DNA of 64,000 nt from Kangiella sp. HD9-110m-PIT-SAG07. GTDB taxonomy: Bacteria > Pseudomonadota > Gammaproteobacteria > Enterobacterales > Kangiellaceae. Location: the NCBI GenBank assembly GCA_003370465.1, contig QQTG01000031.1:52551-116550 (forward strand), written 5' to 3'. Shown here piece by piece: positions 32,058 to 41,196 of this stretch. The notes under the pieces were generated by a model. That model was not told the DNA's origin, did no database searches, and worked only from the letters and a program-made list of their open reading frames with translations. Position numbers and translations under genes: made by a program. How positions within the stretch are numbered: the stretch's first letter is position 1; every line of letters begins with the position of its first letter.

Positions 32058-32396
32058 TTAATCGCAACAATTAGGGCGATCACACATAGCTGATAAATTT
32101 TGTAAATACGGCTGAATGGTGTCTTTCTGTGCATCCAGCGTTGTTTTAAGCACCTTCATCGACCATTCAGGCAAATCTTCGTTTAGCCGATAGTAAACCC
32201 ACTGGCTTTGTCTGCGTGTGTTCAACACAGACATATTCTTTAGCTGAGCCAAATGTCGTGAGACTTTCGGTTGTGACTCATCAATTGCTTCAGTCAACTC
32301 ACACACACAAAGTTCTTTTTCGTGCAGAATCAATAAAATGGTTTTTAACCGTGTTTCGTCACTAAGACATTTAAAAAACTGGTTGGGTTTGATCAT
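32058..32396 (-). CDS. arsR: ArsR family repressor
   Basis: ELCVCEL, SQPKVSRHLA, C-terminal CDRPNCC; AGGGAG RBS 6 nt before ATG at 32396. Confidence 0.93.
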   Translation of the reverse strand: MIKPNQFFKCLSDETRLKTILLILHEKELCVCELTEAIDESQPKVSRHLAQLKNMSVLNTRRQSQWVYYRLNEDLPEWSMKVLKTTLDAQKDTIQPYLQNLSAMCDRPNCCD

Positions 32397-32435
32397 CTTC
32401 ATCTCCCTGAGTACTACTAACAACAAAATAACAAC

Positions 32436-32451
32436 ATCCGAATATACGGAT
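32436..32451. promoter_or_regulatory. Likely ArsR operator ATCCG-AATATA-CGGAT
   Basis: Inverted repeat just upstream of arsR. Confidence 0.55.
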
Positions 32452-32539
32452 AACCATATATTATATTTACTATGAAGTAAACCCTATTGATATTCAGGCT
32501 TGCTTATAAAAGTATAATTGTAACGGCTGAAACAAACTG

Positions 32540-32574
32540 AAAAAGCCACCAGTAACTATGTCTGGTGGCTTTTT
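32540..32574. terminator. Intrinsic terminator
   Basis: AAAAAGCCACCAG...CTGGTGGCTTTTT. Confidence 0.8.
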
Positions 32575-32587
32575 GAATGACTTATGT

Positions 32588-34741
32588 TTAAAAATCAATA
32601 GATTGGGTAAATGGCTTAACACCAATTGTTTGATAAATCTCATCTGGTTTATAAATACGTTGTTCTTTAATCACTAAAGCAATCTGACGCAAATGACTAA
32701 TATCTTCAAGCGGATTACCATCAACAAACACTAAATCAGCTTGCTTACCTTCAGCGATAGACCCAACATTCTCCTCGTTACCCACCACTTCGGCTGAACC
32801 AAAAGTCGCTAGCTTAAGGACATCTGCATTCGAAATACCGGCATCGGCATAAAGCTCTAATTCGCGATGCAAGGTAAAGCCTGCAATAGCATCCGTACCT
32901 GGCACAATCGGCACACCGTTCTCATGTAGCTTCTTAACCATCGCCGACATTGCTTTAATCGACTTATCGTAGTCATCACGAAGTTCTGGCGTAATGTCCA
33001 TTACAGGCCTTACGTAGCCGCGCGAGACATTGATCGGGAGATGCTCGTAAACAGGTTCAATTTCAGGATCAATCACACCACCTTTACGGAACAAGCTATT
33101 AAAGGTCGATACCGTTGGGTCAACTTCAATGCCCTTCTTTGCAAGCTTAGTCACAAAGTCATTCACTTCTTTGCTATCTAAATCAAGTTCATGAGCCTTC
33201 TCACCGACAATCGAAAACCGTAAACGTTTGCGCGTATCAATATTCTTTCCTAAGAAATTAAGGAAGATCATATTAATGTGTTGAATTTCATCAAAACCCG
33301 CATCAACAGCTTCTTCCGCCGTCATGAATGCTGGAATATGACCGCTTAAACGCAGACCTTTGCTATGAACATGCTCAGCTAATGGTTTAACCCACTCAGG
33401 CTCCATAGAGCTGTAGGTTTTAATCTGGATATAACCACGCTCCGCGTACCAATCAACACCATTTTTAGCGTCCTCAAGCGAATCGACCGTTTGACCCATT
33501 TTCATGGCATAAGGGCTTTCGCGATCCATAAAGCCTGCGCGATAGACATCACCACCAATAATTTCCGCATCTTCAGCTAGTCGCTCAACAGCAACAATGT
33601 TGTCGTGAGTATTGCCCATGTCACGAACGTTGGTAACACCTGCTGGAATGTTCAATAGGCCATCAGATTTCGATAAGTGACCGTGCATATCCCACAGTCC
33701 AGGAATCAGGGTTTTGCCTTGCGCATCGACCACCGTATAGTCATCTGATGCTGTCACGGCATCTGCATCAACAATCTTCTCGATTGTTCCGTCAATAACA
33801 ACAATGGACTTACCCTCGATCAACTCCCCAGCTTCGACATCTACATAATTAGCGTTAGTCACTAGGATTGGCTTGTCAGAAACATGAGTCAGTTTTTTTG
33901 ATAAATCTTCTAGGTACTGGTTATCCGCTTCTTTTTGAACTTTCTGTAACTTTTCAAGATTATCACGCCCCCAACCATCAGCAATAACGCCAAACCAGCC
34001 ACCGCTGTCGGAAGCAAAGAAGTTATTGTCTTCGTCATACCAACTAAAGTCTGGGGTAAAGCCTAAGCCAACCACACCGATAAGGCGAACCGTTTTCTGT
34101 TCTTCACCTTTAGTTAGTGTGACACTATCCAATTCAATTAAAGACGCCGTACCGCTGGGTAACAACTCGATGCTATTATCGTCATCTTCTAATAAAGCTT
34201 TAACAAGATAATTCGATGAAACACCAGTGCTGTCACTCGGAATATAAAATTTGCTTTGCTCAGCGCTAGCATTACCCTGCTCGTTCAAGCTTTTCCACTC
34301 TGCCTTTCCATCGCTCATGCTAAACGATTCTTTAATCGGAGCACCAAAGGCTGAAATGCCCGAGACTTCCTGACTAATCACATAACCGTCTTCACCAAGC
34401 ACTATGGTTTCATCAATGTTTACGCGTCGATTGTTCCAACCCAGTTCAAGGTTTGACTTAACCACGTTGCCATCTTGTTCGACAGTGACTTTTCCCGCGG
34501 TGTCTTCTTTATTGTATATATTAAAGACCATAGGTGGCTCTACAGCGTTTTTGTCTTGGCTGCTGGAGTGCTCTTCAACTTTGGGTTTGGTACTTTGCGA
34601 TGCAGCGGTTTGATTTAGTGTTTCTACTTTCGCTTTTGTTGAAGCTTCTTGTGAACTCTCTTGGTCATTTGAGTCACAGCCAGTAATCGCTAAAGATATG
34701 CTCAGCGCTATAGCGGATAAGCTTAGGTGTTTTGATGGCAT
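32588..34741 (-). CDS. Lipoprotein amidohydrolase with a large N-terminal extension
   Basis: Lipobox ITGC; PGLWDMHGH, SGHIP, IVPGTD, GKQADLV. Confidence 0.88.
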   Translation of the reverse strand: MPSKHLSLSAIALSISLAITGCDSNDQESSQEASTKAKVETLNQTAASQSTKPKVEEHSSSQDKNAVEPPMVFNIYNKEDTAGKVTVEQDGNVVKSNLELGWNNRRVNIDETIVLGEDGYVISQEVSGISAFGAPIKESFSMSDGKAEWKSLNEQGNASAEQSKFYIPSDSTGVSSNYLVKALLEDDDNSIELLPSGTASLIELDSVTLTKGEEQKTVRLIGVVGLGFTPDFSWYDEDNNFFASDSGGWFGVIADGWGRDNLEKLQKVQKEADNQYLEDLSKKLTHVSDKPILVTNANYVDVEAGELIEGKSIVVIDGTIEKIVDADAVTASDDYTVVDAQGKTLIPGLWDMHGHLSKSDGLLNIPAGVTNVRDMGNTHDNIVAVERLAEDAEIIGGDVYRAGFMDRESPYAMKMGQTVDSLEDAKNGVDWYAERGYIQIKTYSSMEPEWVKPLAEHVHSKGLRLSGHIPAFMTAEEAVDAGFDEIQHINMIFLNFLGKNIDTRKRLRFSIVGEKAHELDLDSKEVNDFVTKLAKKGIEVDPTVSTFNSLFRKGGVIDPEIEPVYEHLPINVSRGYVRPVMDITPELRDDYDKSIKAMSAMVKKLHENGVPIVPGTDAIAGFTLHRELELYADAGISNADVLKLATFGSAEVVGNEENVGSIAEGKQADLVFVDGNPLEDISHLRQIALVIKEQRIYKPDEIYQTIGVKPFTQSIDF

Positions 34742-34889
34742 AATGGTTCCCTTACGTTTTTGTTTGCCATACAGCTTATAACCACTGGTTTCAGCTGTCT
34801 AGAACTTGCTCACGAAAATAAGAACCCGGTATAGAGTCAAAAAGCCAGCCATGATCACATGGCTGGCTAGTCTTAGCTAGGTAAGGATG

Positions 34890-35663
34890 TTACTTGGTAA
34901 TCAACTGATAGGAATCAAACTTGTTAAAAGCTTTGACCAGTTGCGTCTCTGTCTTGTCGATATTTTCAACCAAATCACAAAGCTTTTCAGCCTGTAACTC
35001 TAATTTCTCAGCACGAAGTTCCATTTTATCTTCAAGATCTTTGCCGAAGCTTTCCATGCGCTCTTCAAAGGCTTTAACCTTTTTTTCATTACCGCTCATA
35101 GCAGCCGTAACCATTTCGCCAACATTGTTCTCCATAAATTCAGTAACAGCGATTTTAATTAAGGACTCAAACTCAGCTTCAAAATCTGAGCTCTCGACAT
35201 AATCAACAACGGCTTCCGGTCGTAGGTGGGTTTGGCTGATATGCTGTTTAAGTTCTGCGGAGATCGTTTCTACTTTAGCAACAAACTCTTCCGCTTTATC
35301 AGGATTATCGTGCAATAACGCGGCAGTCACACTGCCCACAGCCTCGATGGCCATAGCGCTGGCTTCCTCAGCAACACCAGAAGCTAATGGCAACAGCTCA
35401 CGAACCCTTTGATTGTATTGCTCAAGCAACTCCAGCTGTTGAGACGACAAAAACTGCTTCTGCCCATCTAAAAATAACTCTGACGATGATGTAATTAATA
35501 CTTTTTCCTGATCTTGCGTAGAAAAACTTAAACCGCTTTCTTTGATATCAATGTTATAGGCGAAGTCTGCATCACAGGCTAAATCGTCTGAGTGTGCTGT
35601 GGCCGTCCCCAACCCAAGGCTTAATGCTACCGCTACTGCGGCTGACTTAATAATGGTTTTCAT
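34890..35663 (-). CDS. DUF2884/YggN-like secreted protein
   Basis: Signal peptide, N- and C-terminal Cys, helical FEERMESFG region; AAGGAG RBS. Confidence 0.7.
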   Translation of the reverse strand: MKTIIKSAAVAVALSLGLGTATAHSDDLACDADFAYNIDIKESGLSFSTQDQEKVLITSSSELFLDGQKQFLSSQQLELLEQYNQRVRELLPLASGVAEEASAMAIEAVGSVTAALLHDNPDKAEEFVAKVETISAELKQHISQTHLRPEAVVDYVESSDFEAEFESLIKIAVTEFMENNVGEMVTAAMSGNEKKVKAFEERMESFGKDLEDKMELRAEKLELQAEKLCDLVENIDKTETQLVKAFNKFDSYQLITK

Positions 35664-35820
35664 AATGAACTCCTTAATAAAATTAAATGTGGCAAACACA
35701 TACACTTAGATTAAGGATTTATGCAGAAAGGTTTAGCGAATTAATGTTCGAAAAGGCTGTTTAGGGTAACAAAATGTAAACAGCCTCCTCGAAGAAGGAC
35801 TAGAAAGTCTTTTAAATCAA

Positions 35821-36105
35821 CTAGATGCCAATATTGCTTAAATTGTTTGAAATCCGACGAATAAAGCTACTTAGCGAAGGATATTCACGCTCAAAATTGT
35901 ATAACCGCTCTTGGAAACGCTCGATTAAATACTCTTCTGGGTTACCTTCAGCATCTTGCTGAAACAATTTAGACTCAACGACAAGCTCTAGTTTCGCCAG
36001 CGCCAAAGTCTCATCTTTACTGAGAGTTTCTCTAGCTTCTAGCTCTGTTAATAACTCATCGACATCACGTATTAATTTAGAGTTTTTCACATCTGTTTGG
36101 CTCAT
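35821..36105 (-). CDS. DUF4404-like small protein
   Basis: C-terminal FEREYPSLS...ISNNLSNIGI. Confidence 0.7.
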   Translation of the reverse strand: MSQTDVKNSKLIRDVDELLTELEARETLSKDETLALAKLELVVESKLFQQDAEGNPEEYLIERFQERLYNFEREYPSLSSFIRRISNNLSNIGI

Positions 36106-36161
36106 ATATATTACCTTTGAAACATTTTTTTACCCATTCTATGCGATAGACACATAAAATT

Positions 36162-36192
36162 CATTGGTCTAATCACTATCATGGCATATAAT
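36162..36192 (+). promoter_or_regulatory. Putative promoter with FadR-like dyad CATTGGTCTAATCACTA over the -35
   Basis: TTGGTC-N17-TATAAT. Confidence 0.4.
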
Positions 36193-36231
36193 TTCCCCTG
36201 AAAACACAACGATATATATAGAAGGACTATT

Positions 36232-37992
36232 ATGAAAAAACTACTCATTGTTATTGTGATAGCAATTGCTATTGCTGCAGGGATTTATTTCTTTAAGGGA
36301 GGGAAAGTTAGTGGCTTGACTGGCGGTTCATTACCATCAGAAAACGCTGTGCTTGAATATGTCCCAGCTGACACCGTCTTCTTTGCCGGTAGTGTTGAAC
36401 CATTAGATTTTGCTAAAACTCTAGAAATGAGCAGCAAAATGGGCTTCGACTACTCGACAATGATGGGCGCGGGTTTTGAAGACTTAAGATCAGAGCTTGG
36501 TGACGCACCAGACGCTGCTAAAGTACTTGTTAGCATTTACGGCGATTATCTTAAAGCAGTAAAAAGCAAGTCGGTTAAAGAACTAGGTTTACGTAGCGAG
36601 CTAAACATGGCGGTTTATACCGTTGGCGCACTTCCTGTAATCCGCTTAGAACTAGACGGCACTGACGCTTTCGATAACGCAATCGCAAAAATCGAAACTG
36701 AGCAAAATGTTACAGCAACAGTTAACACTGTAAACGGCGTTGAGTATCGCGAATACAGCTTAAACGATGGTACTGATGAAGTTCCAATGACTTTAGTTAT
36801 TGCGACTCACGACAACCAAGCAATATTAACGGTTAATACTGACCTAGATGACGCAAAAGATTTACAACCTACACTATCTGAAAAACCTACTACTAACATC
36901 CTAAGCAGCGGCGTTCTTAATGAACTAGCTTCTGACAACGGTTATTTAGGTTACTCAATCTTCTTACTTGATAACTTAGCAATCGTAGACGGTTTAACTA
37001 AACCATCAGCGAACGCTTTCGGTAAAAATCTTGACGAAATCTTAGCGGCTTACGGCGCTGGTAACGAGATGAAAGACATCCAGACTCCAGCATGTAACAC
37101 CGAACTAACAGGTTTAACTCAAAACTGGCCAGTACTTTCTGCAGGCTATACAGAGTTTGACGACAGCAATGCAAGCTACAAAATGGTCCTTAAAGGTGGT
37201 AATGCTGAGTTACTAGATACTTTAGGCAAAATGCGTGGTCACATTTCTGATAACGTTTCGAATGACGATTATGCAATGAGCTTTGGCTTCGGTCTTGATA
37301 TGGACCAAATGGTTCCTGTGATTACGACTGTATGGGAAAGCTTAACTAAAGAAGACTTCATGTGTCCTCCTCTAGCTGAAATGCAAGCAAACTTGCGTCA
37401 GTCTAACCCAATGATGCTTGGCATGATGTCTGGCATGGTTGCTGGTATTAAAGGCGTTGGTTTCAGCGTTGTAGACATGAACGAAGAAGCTTTAGCGAAT
37501 ATGGAGCGTAACCCAATGGCATTTATGCAAGACGGTCAGTTTATGATGACTATCACTGCAGAAAAGCCGAAAAACTTGCTTCAGTCGTTAGGAATGTATG
37601 CTCCTGAGTTAGCTCAACTGAAACTTGAAGATGGTGGCGAGCCTCAAGCTTTACCTGCGAACATGGGCGCACAAGCTAAAATCGCACTTCGTGGCCATGA
37701 CTTAGTCTTAATGATGGGTCAAACAGACAGCCTTATCAGCAAAGTTGAAAGCAATGATAGCCTTGAAAAAAATGGCTTAATGACGTTCTCAATGGACTTC
37801 AAAAAGTACATGGGCTTACTTGAAAAAGCGATGGACTCAGCAGCTAAAGATGCTTCTGGCAGCGAGAGAGAAATGCTTGAAGAGCAAAAAGAAGTGTTCT
37901 CTGAGCTGAAAAAAGCAGACGGTGTTGTCAAAGGCAGCTTTGATATTACTGGCGAAGGCGTAGTAACTAAAAGTTCATTTGAAGCTAAGTAA
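36232..37992 (+). CDS. Uncharacterised N-terminally anchored/exported 586-aa protein
   Basis: Long ORF, AAGGA RBS, hydrophobic N-terminus, own terminator. Confidence 0.85.
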   Translation: MKKLLIVIVIAIAIAAGIYFFKGGKVSGLTGGSLPSENAVLEYVPADTVFFAGSVEPLDFAKTLEMSSKMGFDYSTMMGAGFEDLRSELGDAPDAAKVLVSIYGDYLKAVKSKSVKELGLRSELNMAVYTVGALPVIRLELDGTDAFDNAIAKIETEQNVTATVNTVNGVEYREYSLNDGTDEVPMTLVIATHDNQAILTVNTDLDDAKDLQPTLSEKPTTNILSSGVLNELASDNGYLGYSIFLLDNLAIVDGLTKPSANAFGKNLDEILAAYGAGNEMKDIQTPACNTELTGLTQNWPVLSAGYTEFDDSNASYKMVLKGGNAELLDTLGKMRGHISDNVSNDDYAMSFGFGLDMDQMVPVITTVWESLTKEDFMCPPLAEMQANLRQSNPMMLGMMSGMVAGIKGVGFSVVDMNEEALANMERNPMAFMQDGQFMMTITAEKPKNLLQSLGMYAPELAQLKLEDGGEPQALPANMGAQAKIALRGHDLVLMMGQTDSLISKVESNDSLEKNGLMTFSMDFKKYMGLLEKAMDSAAKDASGSEREMLEEQKEVFSELKKADGVVKGSFDITGEGVVTKSSFEAK

Positions 37993-38021
37993 TAACTAGC
38001 TTTAGTAACAACCTTTAGTAC

Positions 38022-38051
38022 AAAAAAGCCCAGCAAATGCTGGGCTTTTTT
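38022..38051. terminator. Bidirectional intrinsic terminator
   Basis: AAAAAAGCCCAGCA-AA-TGCTGGGCTTTTTT. Confidence 0.85.
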
Positions 38052-38097
38052 CATTAGGCTATAAACTTTAAAACTAAGAGATTAACCTACTTAAGCA

Positions 38098-39321
38098 TTA
38101 AGCAGCTCTAATCTTCATCTTTTGCAACGCTTGTTCTAAGTCTGCAATGATGTCTTCCGGATGCTCTAACCCGACTGAAATTCGAATCAATGTTTCGCTG
38201 ATACCAGCCGCAGCACGTTCTTCTGGCGTATAGGTTGAATGCGTCATAGAAGCAGGATGTTGGATCAAGGTTTCCGCATCACCTAAACTGACCGCAATAT
38301 GGCAAAGCTCTAAGTGATTCATAAAGCGTACTGCATCGTCAAAACCACCGGCCACTTCAAAAGCAATAATGCCACCAGCGCGTTTCATTTGACTGCCGAT
38401 TAAATGATTCGCCGGATGGTTTTTAAGACCTGGATAATAAACCTGCTCGATATCACCATGCCCTTCTAAATAATCAGCAAGCTTTTCAGCGTTATCGCAA
38501 TGACGCTCAACCCTGACCGATAATGTTTTAAGGCCACGAGTAATCAGCCAAGCATCATTCGGGCTCATAGTCGCGCCCATATCTTTTTGAGTAGTCATTT
38601 TTATATGACCGATTTGTTCCGCCGAACCACAAACAATTCCGCCGATAACATCACCATGACCATTTAAGTATTTAGTGGCGCTGTGAATGATCAGGTCCAT
38701 ACCATAGTCGCTAGGCTGCTGCAGAACCGGCGACATGAAGGTGTTATCCATAATGGTCAACAAATCATGTTTTTTAGCGATAGCTTCAATCATGGCCATA
38801 TCGACACACACTAAGTTTGGATTAATGGGTGTCTCAAAATAAATCAGTTTGGTGTTTTCTTGTATCGCCGCTTTGACTTCTTGTTCATTTGTAATATCAA
38901 CAAAAGTTACTTCAATTCCAAAGTCCGCAAACTTATGGTTAATTAAGGCAAAGCTACAACCATAGAGTGCTGATGACGCGACTAAATGATCACCCTGCTT
39001 CAAATTAGCTAACAAAGTTGCGGAAACCGCTCCCATGCCCGAGCCAAATGCCGCAGCGTCCTCAGTACTCTCAAGCGCCGCCATTTTCTGCTCAAGCTCG
39101 CGAACGGTTGGGTTACCAAGACGGCTATAGATGTAGCCCTGCTCTTCACCCGCAAAGCGATCTGAGCCTTGCTGAACATTATCAAAAATAAAGGTTGAGG
39201 TTTGGTGAATCGGCGTAGCTAATGATCCAAAGCTCGGATCACCGACTCGCCCCGCATGAATTGCACGTGTTTCTAAATGCTTAAATGACTGTTTGTTGTC
39301 TGATGATTTCATAAACTCCAC
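38098..39321 (-). CDS. megL: Methionine gamma-lyase (PLP trans-sulfuration family)
   Basis: YSRLGNPT, LYGC, HSATKYLNGHGD, AVSLGD...HPASMTHS. Confidence 0.85.
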   Translation of the reverse strand: MEFMKSSDNKQSFKHLETRAIHAGRVGDPSFGSLATPIHQTSTFIFDNVQQGSDRFAGEEQGYIYSRLGNPTVRELEQKMAALESTEDAAAFGSGMGAVSATLLANLKQGDHLVASSALYGCSFALINHKFADFGIEVTFVDITNEQEVKAAIQENTKLIYFETPINPNLVCVDMAMIEAIAKKHDLLTIMDNTFMSPVLQQPSDYGMDLIIHSATKYLNGHGDVIGGIVCGSAEQIGHIKMTTQKDMGATMSPNDAWLITRGLKTLSVRVERHCDNAEKLADYLEGHGDIEQVYYPGLKNHPANHLIGSQMKRAGGIIAFEVAGGFDDAVRFMNHLELCHIAVSLGDAETLIQHPASMTHSTYTPEERAAAGISETLIRISVGLEHPEDIIADLEQALQKMKIRAA

Positions 39322-39341
39322 TAACCTCTTGAATAATTAAT

Positions 39342-39824
39342 TTATTCCTCAAGCATGATAGCGGTGGTCGTTTTGACCTCTTTAAGCACCATACTGGTGT
39401 GGATTCTAGCCACGCCAGATAGGGGTATCATCTTTTGAGAAATAAACCTTTCTAGAGCCTGAGTATTTTCTACCGCCACTTTGAGTAAGTAATCATACTC
39501 ACCCGTAACATTGTGGCACTCCAAAACCTCAGACCACGAATTTACAGTCGCTAGAATGGTTTGGATTTGTTCATTACTATGTAACTGAAGGCTAAACTCA
39601 ACAAAGCACAGGCTATCAAACCCAATACGATGCCTATCTACCAAGGCCGCATAATGATGAATAATACCTTCTTGTTCGAGTCGTTTAACACGAGCATGAA
39701 CTGCTGGTGGCGACAGGTTCACCCGCTTAGCAAGCTCTGCGTTACTTAAACGCCCTTCCATTTGTAAAACATTAAGTATCTTTTTGTCCAAAGCATCTAG
39801 CTTTAACTTCGATGATTTTAGCAT
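39342..39824 (-). CDS. Lrp/AsnC family regulator
   Basis: LDALDKKIL...GRLSNAELA, ECHNVTGEYDY. Confidence 0.92.
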   Translation of the reverse strand: MLKSSKLKLDALDKKILNVLQMEGRLSNAELAKRVNLSPPAVHARVKRLEQEGIIHHYAALVDRHRIGFDSLCFVEFSLQLHSNEQIQTILATVNSWSEVLECHNVTGEYDYLLKVAVENTQALERFISQKMIPLSGVARIHTSMVLKEVKTTTAIMLEE

Positions 39825-39939
39825 CCAACACCCTTTTCACTGAACAAGCTTAATCATAATTCATAAAAATACATATATAAAACCGCAATAAGCTTATTTT
39901 ATTTAACATTATTCAGAATAGTACAATATTTAGTCTTCT

Positions 39940-39982
39940 TTGACGAATATAAACAAGCTGATACACTGATGTCTGACCAGAT
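39940..39982 (+). promoter_or_regulatory. Putative promoter with FadR-like operator CTGATGTCTGACCAGAT (39966-39982)
   Basis: TTGACG-N16-TACACT with extended TG. Confidence 0.5.
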
Positions 39983-40007
39983 ATGATTGAGATGAAAGAA
40001 TAAAACA

Positions 40008-40691
40008 TTGAAAAAAGAAGCAGTTATATTGATTCATGGCATGGGGCGTAGCAGGCGCTCTATGAAAAAACTGGAAAGTTACTTAAAGCACAAGGGCTAT
40101 GTCACCTATAACCGTAGCTACCCCTCTACTGTCGCTAACGTTGAACGCTCTGCCATTCATTACATCAATTCAGCCTTGGCTAACATCTCTCGTGACGAAG
40201 TCTCCAAGATTCATTTTGTGACCCACAGCCTTGGCGGCCTGCTGGTTCGGTATTATTTATCGAATCATAAAATTAAGCAGCTAGGGCGTATTGTCATGCT
40301 TGCTCCACCGAATAATGGCTCTGAAGTTGCAGAGCGTTACCGTGACCAATTTTGGTATCGCTGGATGACAGGTGTTCCGGGTCAGCAACTTCACAAGTGC
40401 AATAATCAATTTCTGGAAAAACTTAAAGTTGTCGATGCAGAGGTCGGCATCATAGCTGGTACCAATTCTTCAGATCCCTGGTTTAACCATGTGTTTGACG
40501 GTGAGCATGACGGCAAGGTCTCCGTCAGCGATACCAAGTTGTCAGAAATGAAGGATTTAATTACCGTATCACATGGCCATACTTTTATTATGAACAAGCG
40601 AAAGGTTAAGCGGCACATTGTCAACTTCCTGAATACCGGTAACTTTTATCAGCCACAAAAGAGAAAACCTTTGTACACAGTGGAAGATTAG
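40008..40691 (+). CDS. Alpha/beta hydrolase (lipase/esterase-like)
   Basis: LIHG, THSLGG nucleophile elbow, APPNNGS, DGKV...H. Confidence 0.88.
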   Translation: MKKEAVILIHGMGRSRRSMKKLESYLKHKGYVTYNRSYPSTVANVERSAIHYINSALANISRDEVSKIHFVTHSLGGLLVRYYLSNHKIKQLGRIVMLAPPNNGSEVAERYRDQFWYRWMTGVPGQQLHKCNNQFLEKLKVVDAEVGIIAGTNSSDPWFNHVFDGEHDGKVSVSDTKLSEMKDLITVSHGHTFIMNKRKVKRHIVNFLNTGNFYQPQKRKPLYTVED

Positions 40692-41074
40692 TCGTCACTC
40701 AAAGCGCGAATCAGTTCAAATGCTTCTACAGCTCTAGCCTCTGGTACAAAAACATAATCGTGAGAGTAAGCGGCTACCACGTTCGCGCTAATGTTAGCCT
40801 CGGTTAACACTCTAGAAATCTCTGCGGTCAGCCCCACAGCTTCTAGGCTTGAGAACACAGCTAAAGTGATCCGTTTAAAAATAGCGTCAAACTCAAACTC
40901 ATGCGCTTCAGCATCCACCTTCTTACAAATAATACTGGTACCCTCTTCTTCTTGAAAGACTGATAAGGGATTAAGTGTCGCTGGTACCTCTTTGAGCAAG
41001 CAAAATACATACTCTTCAGGATCTAAAGTAGGTTTAAGATCCGATAATAAGACACTCAGGTCTTTAATCGCCAT
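40688..41074 (-). CDS. ACT-domain protein (DUF2241-like)
   Basis: FQEEEG, SSLEAVGLTA, SANVVAAYSHDYVFV. Confidence 0.85.
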   Translation of the reverse strand: MAIKDLSVLLSDLKPTLDPEEYVFCLLKEVPATLNPLSVFQEEEGTSIICKKVDAEAHEFEFDAIFKRITLAVFSSLEAVGLTAEISRVLTEANISANVVAAYSHDYVFVPEARAVEAFELIRALSDD

Positions 41075-41196
41075 AAAAAAATATCCTCATAATGTAATAA
41101 AAAAGCCCCGCAACACACTCATAGTAAAGTCTGCTACGGGGCTGAAGCTAAGCATTGTTAATAACCGTGCCAAGCCTTTAAAGCTAGAGCGTTAGA

